Shown here: piece after piece, positions 1-8,702 of the stretch
How positions within the stretch are numbered: position 1 is the first letter of the stretch
How the letters are laid out: every line of letters begins with the position of its first letter
NCBI RefSeq assembly: GCF_016595495.1
Contig: NZ_JAENIM010000016.1
Span: 1-64,000, forward strand
Direction: 5' to 3'
Length of the DNA stretch: 64,000 bases
Origin: Persicirhabdus sediminis
GTDB taxonomy: Bacteria > Verrucomicrobiota > Verrucomicrobiia > Verrucomicrobiales > Akkermansiaceae
Program-made: the position numbers and the translations under genes
Notes under the pieces: generated by a model
Database searches by the model: none
Seen by the model: the letters and a program-made list of their open reading frames with translations, nothing else
What the model was told of the DNA's origin: nothing

Positions 1-555
1 TGATGGATTGGACAGGTTTCGTCGAGTGGTTTAAATGAGATCATTGTCTTTTCTTGGTTAGGATTCTTAGTATTTGAGATATTTTTTGGCAGAACAGTAT
101 TGGTTCGTAGTAATGGTTGAGTGATTTAACATTTCTGCGGCGCGATTAGCCGAGGCTGCGATCATTATTTTTGTTGAGCTGGTGGGCGGGATGTTTAGCT
201 AGATTGATAGTTTTCATGATCGGAAAGGTTAAAATGGGTGATTGCCGATAGTAATGTTTTGGATAGGTGGATGGTGAAGGATGCTTTGAGATTTGATGAG
301 CTGTAGAATTAACTAAATGACTAACAAAGCTGGAAGATCGAGTAAAGCGAATGAGTGATTTATTTTTAGACAGATAGCAGAATAAGGATATGGTTGTGTT
401 CTTATGAGCAGTGTTCGTGAACAGTCTTATGGGAGGCCAGCCAAGGTGAATGGGCTGGCTGGATCAACTGCACAGCGGCGACGAGGTGGCAGCCCTGCGC
501 GTAGGTATGTTGCGGAATCGCCACCGGCTGGAGGCTCGCAGCAAGGGCCGAAGCT

Positions 556-595
556 GCATGAATCGAAATCGCATGAATCGAAATTGCATAAATCG
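556..595 (+). repeat. Tandem 15-bp direct repeat (gcatgaatcgaaatc / gcatgaatcgaaatt / gcataaatcg, about 2.6 copies) just upstream of the likely intI start
   Basis: Read directly from the sequence at 556-595. It lies within the dubious N-terminal extension of the 404-start ORF, where it would encode HESKSHESKLHKS. Confidence 0.7.
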
Positions 596-610
596 TCGCC
601 CGACGTGGCT

Positions 611-1897
611 ATGGCGGCGGGTAAGGTGTCAGCTAGGAATGAGAGGCGGTCATTTTCGGCCCCCAATCCAGAGCAGTTTGAGTGGTGGGCAGATTTATCT
701 GCCGCTAGGGATCTGACACGTCACGATAAGGCGCAGTATACATTTCTGCTTAGCTGGTTTGAGAGCTGGCGGGCGAAAAGTCACCTGGCCCCAGAGCGGG
801 CGTCGGCGGTGGGTTTCTGGCGGTCGCAGGTGCAGAGTAAAGAGCGCACTAGCTGGCAGGAAAAGCAGTGGGCTGCGATTATCAGCTGGTATTTGCGCTG
901 GCTGGAGCTGTGCCAACAGCAGGGCAAATGCTGCGAAAGTCTGGCTGGGCGGGTGCGCTCAGCAGTGGATCATGCGGGGGCTCGGCGCGGGTTAGCCTAC
1001 CGTACGCGGCTGACCTATGGTGGCTGGGCGGCGCGGTATGCGCTATGGGCTGGTAGTAGGTCTAGAGTGCTGGATACGGAGGTGGCGCGCGAGTGGTTGA
1101 GTCATTTGGTGGTGGATCGCGCGGTGGCTTTTTCTACTCAGAAGCAGGCGCTGAATGCGTTGGTATTTTTGTATAAAGATGTCTGCGGCATGGAGGAGGT
1201 GGACCTGCAGGTGCGCTTTCGTAAAAGGGCGAAGAGAATTCCTGTGGTGCTGAATCGCACTGAGTTGGCGCAGTTGTTTGCCGAGATCAAAGATCCAATG
1301 CATAGGCTAATGGCTGAGCTGCAGTATGGCTCGGGCCTGCGTCTGCGAGAGTTGCTGCAGCTGCGGGTGAAGGATATAGATCTGGAGGCCAGTACGGTAA
1401 CGGTGCGCTGTGGTAAGGGAGATAAAGATAGGGTGACGGTGCTGCCGCGTAGTTTGCAGGCGCGGCTGGAAACATTGATAGAGGAGAACCGCAAAGTCTA
1501 TCTAGCTGATCGACTAGAGCGCCAAGCGGGTGTTTATCTGCCCCCTGCGCTAGCTAGAAAAATGCCACGCGCTGGTGAACGCTGGCCGTGGTTTTGGATA
1601 TTTCCTCAGGGGAAAACGTCGCGTGATCCTGAAAGTGGTGTGGTGCGCCGCCACCATGTGGTTGCGGGCGTTTATTGTCATGCTCTGCGCGCCGCCTCGC
1701 AGCGAACGTGCATTAGCAAGCGGGTTACTAGTCATTGTTTGCGGCATAGCTTTGCGACTCACTTGCTAGAGGCTGGCACGGATATTAGAACTTTACAGAG
1801 CCTGCTAGGTCATGCGGATGTGACCACGACGATGATCTACACCCATGTGGTAGAGCGGCTCAGCCGAGCTGGTGTGATAAGTCCGTTGGACGGGTAG
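611..1897 (+). CDS. intI: Integron-type tyrosine recombinase (IntI family). The ORF is open from 404 (497 aa), but the integrase core aligns from about residue 95, so the start is more likely the ATG at 611.
   Basis: The C-terminal half reads ALARKMPRAGERWPWFWIFPQGKTSRDPESGVVRRHHV...HCLRHSFATHLLEAGTDIRTLQSLLGHADVTTTMIYTHV. This closely matches my memory of IntI1 ([21 protein letters not shown]...DPRSGVVRRHH...HTLRHSFATALL...DIRTVQDLLGH.DV.TTMIYTHV), including the extra segment between patch III and box II that separates IntI from XerC/D and phage integrases. It also has the ALNALVFLYKDV box I-like motif and GKGDKDRVTVLP. Confidence 0.75.
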   Translation: MAAGKVSARNERRSFSAPNPEQFEWWADLSAARDLTRHDKAQYTFLLSWFESWRAKSHLAPERASAVGFWRSQVQSKERTSWQEKQWAAIISWYLRWLELCQQQGKCCESLAGRVRSAVDHAGARRGLAYRTRLTYGGWAARYALWAGSRSRVLDTEVAREWLSHLVVDRAVAFSTQKQALNALVFLYKDVCGMEEVDLQVRFRKRAKRIPVVLNRTELAQLFAEIKDPMHRLMAELQYGSGLRLRELLQLRVKDIDLEASTVTVRCGKGDKDRVTVLPRSLQARLETLIEENRKVYLADRLERQAGVYLPPALARKMPRAGERWPWFWIFPQGKTSRDPESGVVRRHHVVAGVYCHALRAASQRTCISKRVTSHCLRHSFATHLLEAGTDIRTLQSLLGHADVTTTMIYTHVVERLSRAGVISPLDG

Positions 1898-2069
1898 GAG
1901 ATTCATCTTTATTGCCGTTGAATGTCTAGCGTGTGGCGGGAGTTGGTGTTAGTTTTTACGAATGAACTTACAGCCCTCTCAGTGTCACTGATTTTGCTTG
2001 GCATTGGCTATGGTTTCTAATCAAACAAATTTGCTCTTTTCATCTTGGCTAGAAAGTTGATATTCGGGC

Positions 2070-3512
2070 ATGCGTTTGATCTGTGTTAGTATTTTTCTGA
2101 TTTTCAGTATGGCCCTGATGCCATGGCTGGCAGCTGATGACGGTTGGTGGAATGGTAAAGCGTGGGATCAATCTGAGCTGGAAGATAGATTAGAAAAAGG
2201 TGATCCGGCGGCGATGGTTGAGTGGGCGCAGTGGTCGATGTATTCATGGGGAGGTGTGGCCTATCAACCAGATGAGATTGTTCGTAAGTTAGAGGTGGCG
2301 CACAAGCATGGAGATGAATTGGCTACTGCATTTCTAGCTAGATGTTATTGGCGAGGGATTGGGGTGAAACGTGATGCTGAGCGCGCGGTGGAGTTGTGTT
2401 ACCAGTCAGCGTTTAATGAGCAGGCTTATGCGCTCTACCTGATGTCTGAGATGTATACGTCTAGGCTAGCTGAAACCAAAAAGGTGCAATTTTCTCCCGA
2501 GCTAGCGGCTGAGTGGTTAGATATTGCGATTGATGCTGATGTGGTACACGCGAAGGTTAGGGAGGCGTGCAATATTTATTACGGCTTGGGTGGCTACAAA
2601 CAAGACAAACAAAAGGGCGCAGAGACGATGATCGATTTGTTTTTGCAGCATCATACGCTGTGGGTCGCGCAGATGATAGTATTTCACGCCAAGGACGATT
2701 ATTTTGATGATAAGAGAGTTTTGTTAGCTTGTTTGGATAGGGTGAGTGAGGCGGCTAAGTTAGGTGGCGTCAATGCCATGGCGATGCTCGGTCAGGTTTA
2801 TTGTAAATCTGGCCAGCATGATCGCGGTGTGCCCATGTTATGTGAGGCGGTTGAGGATCAACGTTCCTTCCCGGTTAGTTGTGCGGTGTGCCTAGCGCAC
2901 GGGGGGCTGAGCAAAAACGAATACCCAACTATTCTGGGGGATATGGTGACGACCTATAAAATAGCCGAAGAGGCATTTGCGCGCGGCGGTCGACATAGTT
3001 GTGTGCTTAACTGGACAGTTAGGTCGTGTTTGTTTCCGCGAAATGATGATGTGCGCAAACATGCTATGGCGGAACCTATCATTCACGAATTGAAAAAAAT
3101 CCCCCGCTGGCGGCATTGTGCGCTAGAGTATTTGGGTAGATTGCACTGTGTAGCGGAGGAGGAAGAGTATTATAATGCCGAGCTCGCCGAGGCTATTTTC
3201 ATTTATAATAGCGCGTTTCATTATAGCTATCCGCGCAGTGTGGCCGAGCTGCATTTCCTCGTTCCTGAGTCGATGCGCGATTATATAAAATGTTATGCTG
3301 TGTACAAACGCTATGAGGCTGATGGCTGGAACCGCGACTTGAAGCGGCTGAAAGTGTGCGCCGAAAAGCTGAATGAAGAACAGCTTGCTAGAGCGGATAG
3401 TTTGATTAGGCGAGATTATCCGCTGAGTGATGAGTTCCGCAGACCCGCCTATGAGTACTTGATAGAAAATGGGGTGATTGACGACACTTGGCCGTACGAA
3501 AAAGTAGAATAA
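2070..3512 (+). CDS. Secreted Sel1/TPR-like repeat protein (hypothetical)
   Basis: N-terminal hydrophobic signal-like segment. Repeated A/Y/W-rich helical motifs (GDELATAFLARCYWRGIGVKRDAERAVELCYQSA..., AMAMLGQVYCKSGQHDRGVPMLCEA) resemble Sel1 repeats. Confidence 0.45.
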   Translation: MRLICVSIFLIFSMALMPWLAADDGWWNGKAWDQSELEDRLEKGDPAAMVEWAQWSMYSWGGVAYQPDEIVRKLEVAHKHGDELATAFLARCYWRGIGVKRDAERAVELCYQSAFNEQAYALYLMSEMYTSRLAETKKVQFSPELAAEWLDIAIDADVVHAKVREACNIYYGLGGYKQDKQKGAETMIDLFLQHHTLWVAQMIVFHAKDDYFDDKRVLLACLDRVSEAAKLGGVNAMAMLGQVYCKSGQHDRGVPMLCEAVEDQRSFPVSCAVCLAHGGLSKNEYPTILGDMVTTYKIAEEAFARGGRHSCVLNWTVRSCLFPRNDDVRKHAMAEPIIHELKKIPRWRHCALEYLGRLHCVAEEEEYYNAELAEAIFIYNSAFHYSYPRSVAELHFLVPESMRDYIKCYAVYKRYEADGWNRDLKRLKVCAEKLNEEQLARADSLIRRDYPLSDEFRRPAYEYLIENGVIDDTWPYEKVE

Positions 3513-3514
3513 AA

Positions 3515-4186
3515 TTAGTGGCCAATCTTGCTCAACCAAACTCCAAACATCATGTCTTGATAGTCGGTCAAGTCATGTTGGGTTTCTAGTTTGATAGGTT
3601 TTAAGGTGAGCGTGTGTGGTTTGTTTTTTAAATTTTGGCCAGTTAGGACCCAGCCAGTTCTGCGTATTTCGATGACGACTTCGCTATCTGGCTGGACTGT
3701 ATTTAAAGTTTCCAGAGCGACGAGCTTGGAGTTATGGCCTCGGCAATCTTTGCTATTGATAGATACGATGCAGTCACCTTCGCGAAAACCCGCGAGTTCG
3801 GCAGGGCTGTCTTGTTCCACTCTAGCTACTAAGGGGTAGGTGCTTAGGTTGCCGTCGCTGTAGTCGATGTACCAGGTTAGCTTGATACCGTGAAATGAAC
3901 TTGGTCCCGGCAGCTCGACGGTTGCCTCAAAGAGTGTGCGCAGCAGGTGTTGGAGTAGCAGTTGCTCTTCGTTAGATCTAGCTGTCAGGTAATGCTTGTT
4001 GATTACTGGCAATGAGTTCTGTGGATCAGCTAGGGCGATCTCGGTGATTTTATCTAAGAGTGCGATGTCGCCGGTATCGGCGAATGCTAGTAATTCGAGA
4101 TCTATCGGCGCGAGCTTGCTCTCAGCGGCGATGGCTGGGCAGGTAGCGATAGTTGCTAGGATAAGCAGCTTGTGGAGGATGTTCAT
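3515..4186 (-). CDS. Periplasmic PDZ-domain protein
   Basis: Signal peptide (MNILHKLLILATIATCPAIAAE) and a PDZ-like segment (GFREGDCIVSINSKDCRGHNSKLVALETL...VVIEIRRTG). Confidence 0.5.
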   Translation of the reverse strand: MNILHKLLILATIATCPAIAAESKLAPIDLELLAFADTGDIALLDKITEIALADPQNSLPVINKHYLTARSNEEQLLLQHLLRTLFEATVELPGPSSFHGIKLTWYIDYSDGNLSTYPLVARVEQDSPAELAGFREGDCIVSINSKDCRGHNSKLVALETLNTVQPDSEVVIEIRRTGWVLTGQNLKNKPHTLTLKPIKLETQHDLTDYQDMMFGVWLSKIGH

Positions 4187-4585
4187 GTGTATTTGTTATC
4201 TGTGGGGTCAGTTAGCTCTAGCGGTAGCTGGAAGTAGCTGAGATTATTGCTGCTAGTAGCCTGTGGCTGGGTGGAGCTGAGGCTGGGTGAAGTAAACTAG
4301 CTGGCAATGGGAATGGGGGGCATTGTCTTATTGTGGTCTTGCTCTGCACGGGGGTGCAGGAGTGGGGCAAGGCACGGGTTTTGGTGTATTATCGTCGGCT
4401 AACTTGTAAAGAATTGGCCTGTGAATTTGAGATATTCACATCACTGTACACCTTGGAAGTCAATAGCCGTTTCATTTTTTTAACTAGATTTTGGCTAGAG
4501 ATAGTTGGTTTATATAAAAAAGTAGCTTTTGCCTACGTGGTTAATTTGATTATTTAGGTAAAGCGATCTAGCGTAGAGATGAATT

Positions 4586-4942
4586 ATGAAAGATTTGCCC
4601 GATGTCATTGCTTATTGTCTATCATTAGCTGAAGTAGAAGAGACGACGCCCTTTGGTGTGGATGTATTGGTATATAAGGTATGTGGAAAAATGTTTGCGC
4701 TCAGCGCGGTGGATGATGTGCCATCGCGGGTGAACCTGAAGTGTGAGCCTGGGCGAGCCGTAGAGTTACGTGACCAATACGAAGCCATTTTGCCGGGTTA
4801 TCACATGAACAAAAAGCACTGGAATACCGTGTTGCTAGATGGCTCTGTGCCAGCAGATTTGTTACGTGAGTTGATCGACCATTCCTATCAGCTGGTTGTG
4901 GCGGGTTTGAAAAAAGCCGATCGCGAGCGGCTCAGTCAGTGA
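4586..4942 (+). CDS. MmcQ/YjbR-family DNA-binding protein
   Basis: 118 aa. The motifs ...VYKVCGKMFAL...HMNKKHWNTVLLDGSVP... are typical of YjbR/MmcQ. Confidence 0.6.
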   Translation: MKDLPDVIAYCLSLAEVEETTPFGVDVLVYKVCGKMFALSAVDDVPSRVNLKCEPGRAVELRDQYEAILPGYHMNKKHWNTVLLDGSVPADLLRELIDHSYQLVVAGLKKADRERLSQ

Positions 4943-5034
4943 GCTGCGCTAGCTGGACGTCCTGCTGCTTGGTGATTTTACAAAGTTTTTACAGCTGGCG
5001 GGGGCGGATGTGTTTATGATGGCATGGCAATAAG

Positions 5035-5742
5035 GTGATGATGAGCGAGGTTCCTACAATATTAGTTTGCGAAGATGATGAGGCAGTGCGCTGCGGGGTG
5101 GTGGATACCCTGAGTTTTGCTGGCTACGAAGTGATAGAAGCGCGCGACGGACGAGAGGCGATGGATAAGGCGCTGAATGCTAGCTACCGGCTGATGTTGT
5201 TGGATCTGGTCATGCCGCATCACAGTGGTTTTGAGGTGTTGCAGAGTTTGAAAAAACATCGGCCCGGACAGGCGGTTATCATTCTATCAGCCCGTGGCGA
5301 AGAGGCAGATCGGGTGAAAGGCTTGACCATGGGGGCTGACGATTATGTAGTGAAGCCATTCAGCGTTAGGGAGCTGCTAGCTAGAGTGGATGCAGTGCTG
5401 CGGCGCACCGTTGAGCGGCCAGCTGAGCAGGGTAAGGTGCGCTGTGCGACTGGCCAGCTGGATTTTGCGCGCATGCAGATGATTTTGGCTACAGGCGAGG
5501 TGGTTAGTTTGTCTGAGCGTGAGTGTGATTTGCTAAAGTATTTATCAGCTAACAATGAACGAGCGATTTCTCGTGAAGAGCTGTTGCGGCATGTGTGGGG
5601 TATTGACCCGAAGAATTTACATACGCGCACGGTGGACATGCATATTGCCAATCTGCGCGAGAAGTTAGGTGATAAAGATCAGGCCGTTATTGTGACGGTG
5701 CGCGGAAAAGGGTATATGATGATCTTGTGTGATGAGAGCTAA
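5035..5742 (+). CDS. OmpR-family two-component response regulator
   Basis: Receiver domain (ILVCEDDEAV...LMLLDLVMPHHSG...DDYVVKPF) and a winged-helix C-terminal domain (LSERECDLLKYL...TRTVDMHIANLREKL). Confidence 0.85.
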   Translation: MMMSEVPTILVCEDDEAVRCGVVDTLSFAGYEVIEARDGREAMDKALNASYRLMLLDLVMPHHSGFEVLQSLKKHRPGQAVIILSARGEEADRVKGLTMGADDYVVKPFSVRELLARVDAVLRRTVERPAEQGKVRCATGQLDFARMQMILATGEVVSLSERECDLLKYLSANNERAISREELLRHVWGIDPKNLHTRTVDMHIANLREKLGDKDQAVIVTVRGKGYMMILCDES

Positions 5743-7531
5743 AACTAGATGGGCTTGGGTTTTGTTAATTTCCTGCGCGGCGGTCATCGTGCTGGCGATG
5801 AGCTGGATGAGCCGCAACGTGCTGCAGCTGGAAAGGCAAAATGCTAGAGTGCAAGCTGCGGCTGAGTTAGATGATCGTGTGCGTTCGGCCTTATGGCGGA
5901 TGGACACTTTAGCCTCGGCGATTCTGGCTGAGATTGCACTTGGTCAGCGGGATGAATTGATCAAAGACGAGATCATCATCAGCCGTGGTGATGACGGGAA
6001 GTTTACCTTTCAGCCAGCTGGAAATGTGGAGCCAGCTGAGATGCTGCGTTCGCGGGAAGATACGGCGAACATTAAAGAATCAGCTGAGCCGAGTCAGAGC
6101 AAACTACAAGTGCTCAATGCTCTAGCCGTTGAGGCGCTGCAAACCGAGGAGCTAGCTCAATCTAGCGAGCCCAGTGAAAGCGAGCAGCAGGCTCAGCATA
6201 CGCAGCAATGGGCGGCGCAGCAACGCGCTGAAGGCAAAGCGGGGGAGTTGCGGCAAGATTTGGGATACAATATTCAGCGCAAGCAGGTTGAGAGTCTGAA
6301 ACGCAAGAGCATTGTTAGTCGTTCAAATATTTCCGCCAATTCACATCTCGCTGAGAGTTTTGCTCAGCCTGGATCCGCATCATTAGATTCTGGGGATGTC
6401 GCTGATGCGGAGCCGTCAGGGCAAGTCTTAGGGGATGTTAGTAAATTTGTTATTCCCGCTGAGCTATCACCATTTCGCGCTGCTTGGGTAGACGGTGAGC
6501 TCACATTAGTACGCATGATGAATGGCCAAGTTAAGGCCTATACATTAGATGCTAGACGCTTGATGAACGAGCTCTTAGCTGAGCTGGAGGATGTTCTACC
6601 GAATGCCAGTTTGTTAGCGTTAGCTGACGACGCTGGGCAGCTGGAGCAAGTGATGGCGCTGTCTACATTTCCGCTGGTATTGAATGCTGGCGAGGAAATT
6701 GTCGACCCTGTGTTAGCTGGAAGTCAGCTGCGCAAGACTCTGGCAATGGCTTGGCTGGGTGCCTTGCTGATGATTGTCGCCGTATTTGTTTTGTTTGCTG
6801 GCATTATGCGCTTGAGCGAGCGCCGAGCGTCCTTTGTTTCCTCGGTGACTCATGAGTTGCGCACGCCGCTAACGACATTCAGTTTGTATTCAGACATGTT
6901 AGCCAGTGGCATGGTACGCAGTGAGGAAAAACAAAAGCAGTATTTGCAGACCTTGAAGCGCGAGTCGATGCGGCTGAATCATCTGGTAGAGAATGTGCTG
7001 TTATACTCGCGCATTGAGCGTGGTAGTGCGCGCGCTCAGGTGGAGAGCCTGAGTTATGGACAGCTAATCCAGCGGCTTGGTGAAAGTCTGGCTGAACGAT
7101 GTGAGCGTGAGTTGGTAGATTTCCAGCTGGATCCGCTAGATGATGATCTAGCTGATAGGTTGCTGCGTGTGGACGTCACTTCCATCGAGCAGGTGATTTT
7201 TAATCTAGTGGATAATGCTATCAAATACGGCGCTGATGATGACGGTTGTGTGCAGGTGAAATTTTCTAGCCAGCTAGCTGATGGCGGTGACCAGTTAGAA
7301 CTGCGAATTGGCGACCGTGGCGCTGGCGTGAGCGCGGCTGAGCGCCGCAAGATTTTCAAACCCTTTCACAAGAGTGCAGCGGAGGCGGCGCATTCGAAAC
7401 CCGGTGTTGGCTTAGGCTTGGCGTTGAGCTCTAGTCTGGCAAAAGAAATGCACGGGTCGCTGGAGTTGGTCGACGGTGGTGATGGTGTGGGCGCTTGTTT
7501 TGTGTTGCGTATCCCGGCTGTGGTCGATTGA
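5729..7531 (+). CDS. Sensor histidine kinase, cognate partner of the upstream response regulator
   Basis: Overlaps the regulator gene by 14 nt. H-box SVTHELRTPLT, N-box FNLVDNAIKYG, G-boxes GDRGAGV and GVGLGLAL. N-terminal TM segment plus a long Q/E-rich low-complexity region. Confidence 0.8.
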   Translation: MMRAKTRWAWVLLISCAAVIVLAMSWMSRNVLQLERQNARVQAAAELDDRVRSALWRMDTLASAILAEIALGQRDELIKDEIIISRGDDGKFTFQPAGNVEPAEMLRSREDTANIKESAEPSQSKLQVLNALAVEALQTEELAQSSEPSESEQQAQHTQQWAAQQRAEGKAGELRQDLGYNIQRKQVESLKRKSIVSRSNISANSHLAESFAQPGSASLDSGDVADAEPSGQVLGDVSKFVIPAELSPFRAAWVDGELTLVRMMNGQVKAYTLDARRLMNELLAELEDVLPNASLLALADDAGQLEQVMALSTFPLVLNAGEEIVDPVLAGSQLRKTLAMAWLGALLMIVAVFVLFAGIMRLSERRASFVSSVTHELRTPLTTFSLYSDMLASGMVRSEEKQKQYLQTLKRESMRLNHLVENVLLYSRIERGSARAQVESLSYGQLIQRLGESLAERCERELVDFQLDPLDDDLADRLLRVDVTSIEQVIFNLVDNAIKYGADDDGCVQVKFSSQLADGGDQLELRIGDRGAGVSAAERRKIFKPFHKSAAEAAHSKPGVGLGLALSSSLAKEMHGSLELVDGGDGVGACFVLRIPAVVD

Positions 7532-7553
7532 TTATCAGCTAGATAGCGAGAAT

Positions 7554-7596
7554 GAAAAAATCCGCCTAGCTGGATTAGCTAGACGGATTTTCTGGT
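7554..7596. terminator. Bidirectional rho-independent terminator between the convergent histidine kinase and thioredoxin-like genes
   Basis: AAAAAATCCGCCTAGC-TGGATTA-GCTAGACGGATTTTCT. About 11-bp stem with one mismatch, A-tract 5' and T-tract 3'. Confidence 0.6.
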
Positions 7597-7620
7597 GAAT
7601 TAGTTTACCTTTCTTAACTA

Positions 7621-8547
7621 TTATTCTGCGGATTTCTTGAGCTGATTAAAATGTTCAATGGCGCGCAGCATGAGCTGGCCTGTTTCTGATTGAGCATCAA
7701 TCGCCTGGATCTCATTGGCTAGCGCGATGGCTTCGTCGAATTTCTTTTGTTCGGCGAGAGCGGCCACTTTGATGAGCATGACTTCTTGCAGGTCTTCGCC
7801 AGCTGGCTCGAACTGCTTGATGTGCTCGTCGGCAATAGTGATCATGCCATCGAAATCCTGTTTTTTATAGGCCTCTTCGACTTTTGCCTCGAGTCCAGCC
7901 ATGGCTTTCTGGCCAGCGATGTATTTGGTGAAGCCGGTCTCGTCGTTAGGGTCGGAGTCTTTGATAGCTTGAATTTGCTCGCTGTAGAACCCTGGCACAT
8001 ATTTCTGCTGCACGGGCAGGCCTGAGAGGATCTCGATGATGCGTTTTGATTTTTCCACACCTTCAAGTTTGTCGGCGGCAGCTAGGTCCTTGTCGCGTTG
8101 CACGCGGATGTCGGCCTGTTCCTTGAGGCTATCGGCAAATTCCTTGGGCGTAGCGGCGCGTTCGGATTCCGCGTACGGGCGTCCTGAAGCATCGAGCAAT
8201 AGCAGGGTGGGGAAATATTCCACGCTGTAGAGGTCGGAAAGTTTATCATTTTTTTCGCGCTGGCTGGCGTCCATTTCCTTCTGGCGAGGGAAATCGATTT
8301 CTACGAGAACGAAGGCATCTTTGAGCTGCTCGGCAAATTCCTTTTTAGAGAAGACACGCTCCTCAAGATCTACGCAAGCTCCTCACCAGTCAGAGCCAGT
8401 GAAGTTGATGAAAATGTCTTTGTTTTCCGCAGTAGCTACTTTTTTAGCAGCTTCTAGGTCTGTGAGCCAGCCGTCAGTAGAGGCTAGGGTGGCGGTGGCT
8501 GTAACGATGGAAAATCCAGCGCCAGCGAGCATGGTTTTTAGTGTCAT
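7621..8547 (-). CDS. Periplasmic thioredoxin-like protein with an in-frame TGA at 8383-8385 (minus strand) in place of the first Cys of the CxxC motif. Candidate selenocysteine protein. The C-terminal part is TPR-like/helical.
   Basis: Manual translation of the minus strand from the ATG at 8545-8547 gives MTLKTMLAGAGFSIVTATATLASTDGWLTDLEAAKKVATAENKDIFINFTGSDW-[TGA]-GACVDLEERVFSKKEFAEQLKDAFVLVEIDFPRQKE-MDASQ.... The frame runs without a break into the 217-aa ORF 7621-8274, which carries the thioredoxin-fold motif YSVEYFPTLLLLDASG. The TGA sits exactly where W-C-x-x-C is expected. Confidence 0.5.
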
Positions 8548-8702
8548 ATTAATAGAATGAGAATGCAGGCTAATAATTATTCCATGAATGGTGTGTTCGC
8601 TAGAAATTTTTTGCTAAAAATAAGTTTGCGTAGAGATTGGAGGATAATTCTTTGAAGATTTGCCTTTTCAACAGGCAAAACCAAGTCTACTCAACGTCAT
8701 CG

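Noticed and set aside
404-610. N-terminal 70-aa extension of the integrase ORF starting at ATG 404
   Set aside because: It shows no similarity to integrase N-termini and is low-complexity. It contains the tandem DNA repeat. The IntI core aligns from about residue 95. The ATG at 611 is the more plausible start, though no strong RBS precedes either.
1043-1494. Several minus-strand ORFs (86-118 aa) overlapping the integrase gene, plus similar antisense ORFs inside other large genes (e.g. 24079-24441, 24471-25167)
   Set aside because: Fully embedded antisense to well-supported coding regions. Their low-complexity composition is typical of shadow frames in GC-biased or repeat-rich codons.
8321-8560. 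79-aa + strand ORF
   Set aside because: It lies antisense to the N-terminal, signal-peptide-encoding part of the candidate selenoprotein gene and has no motifs. It is most likely a shadow ORF.
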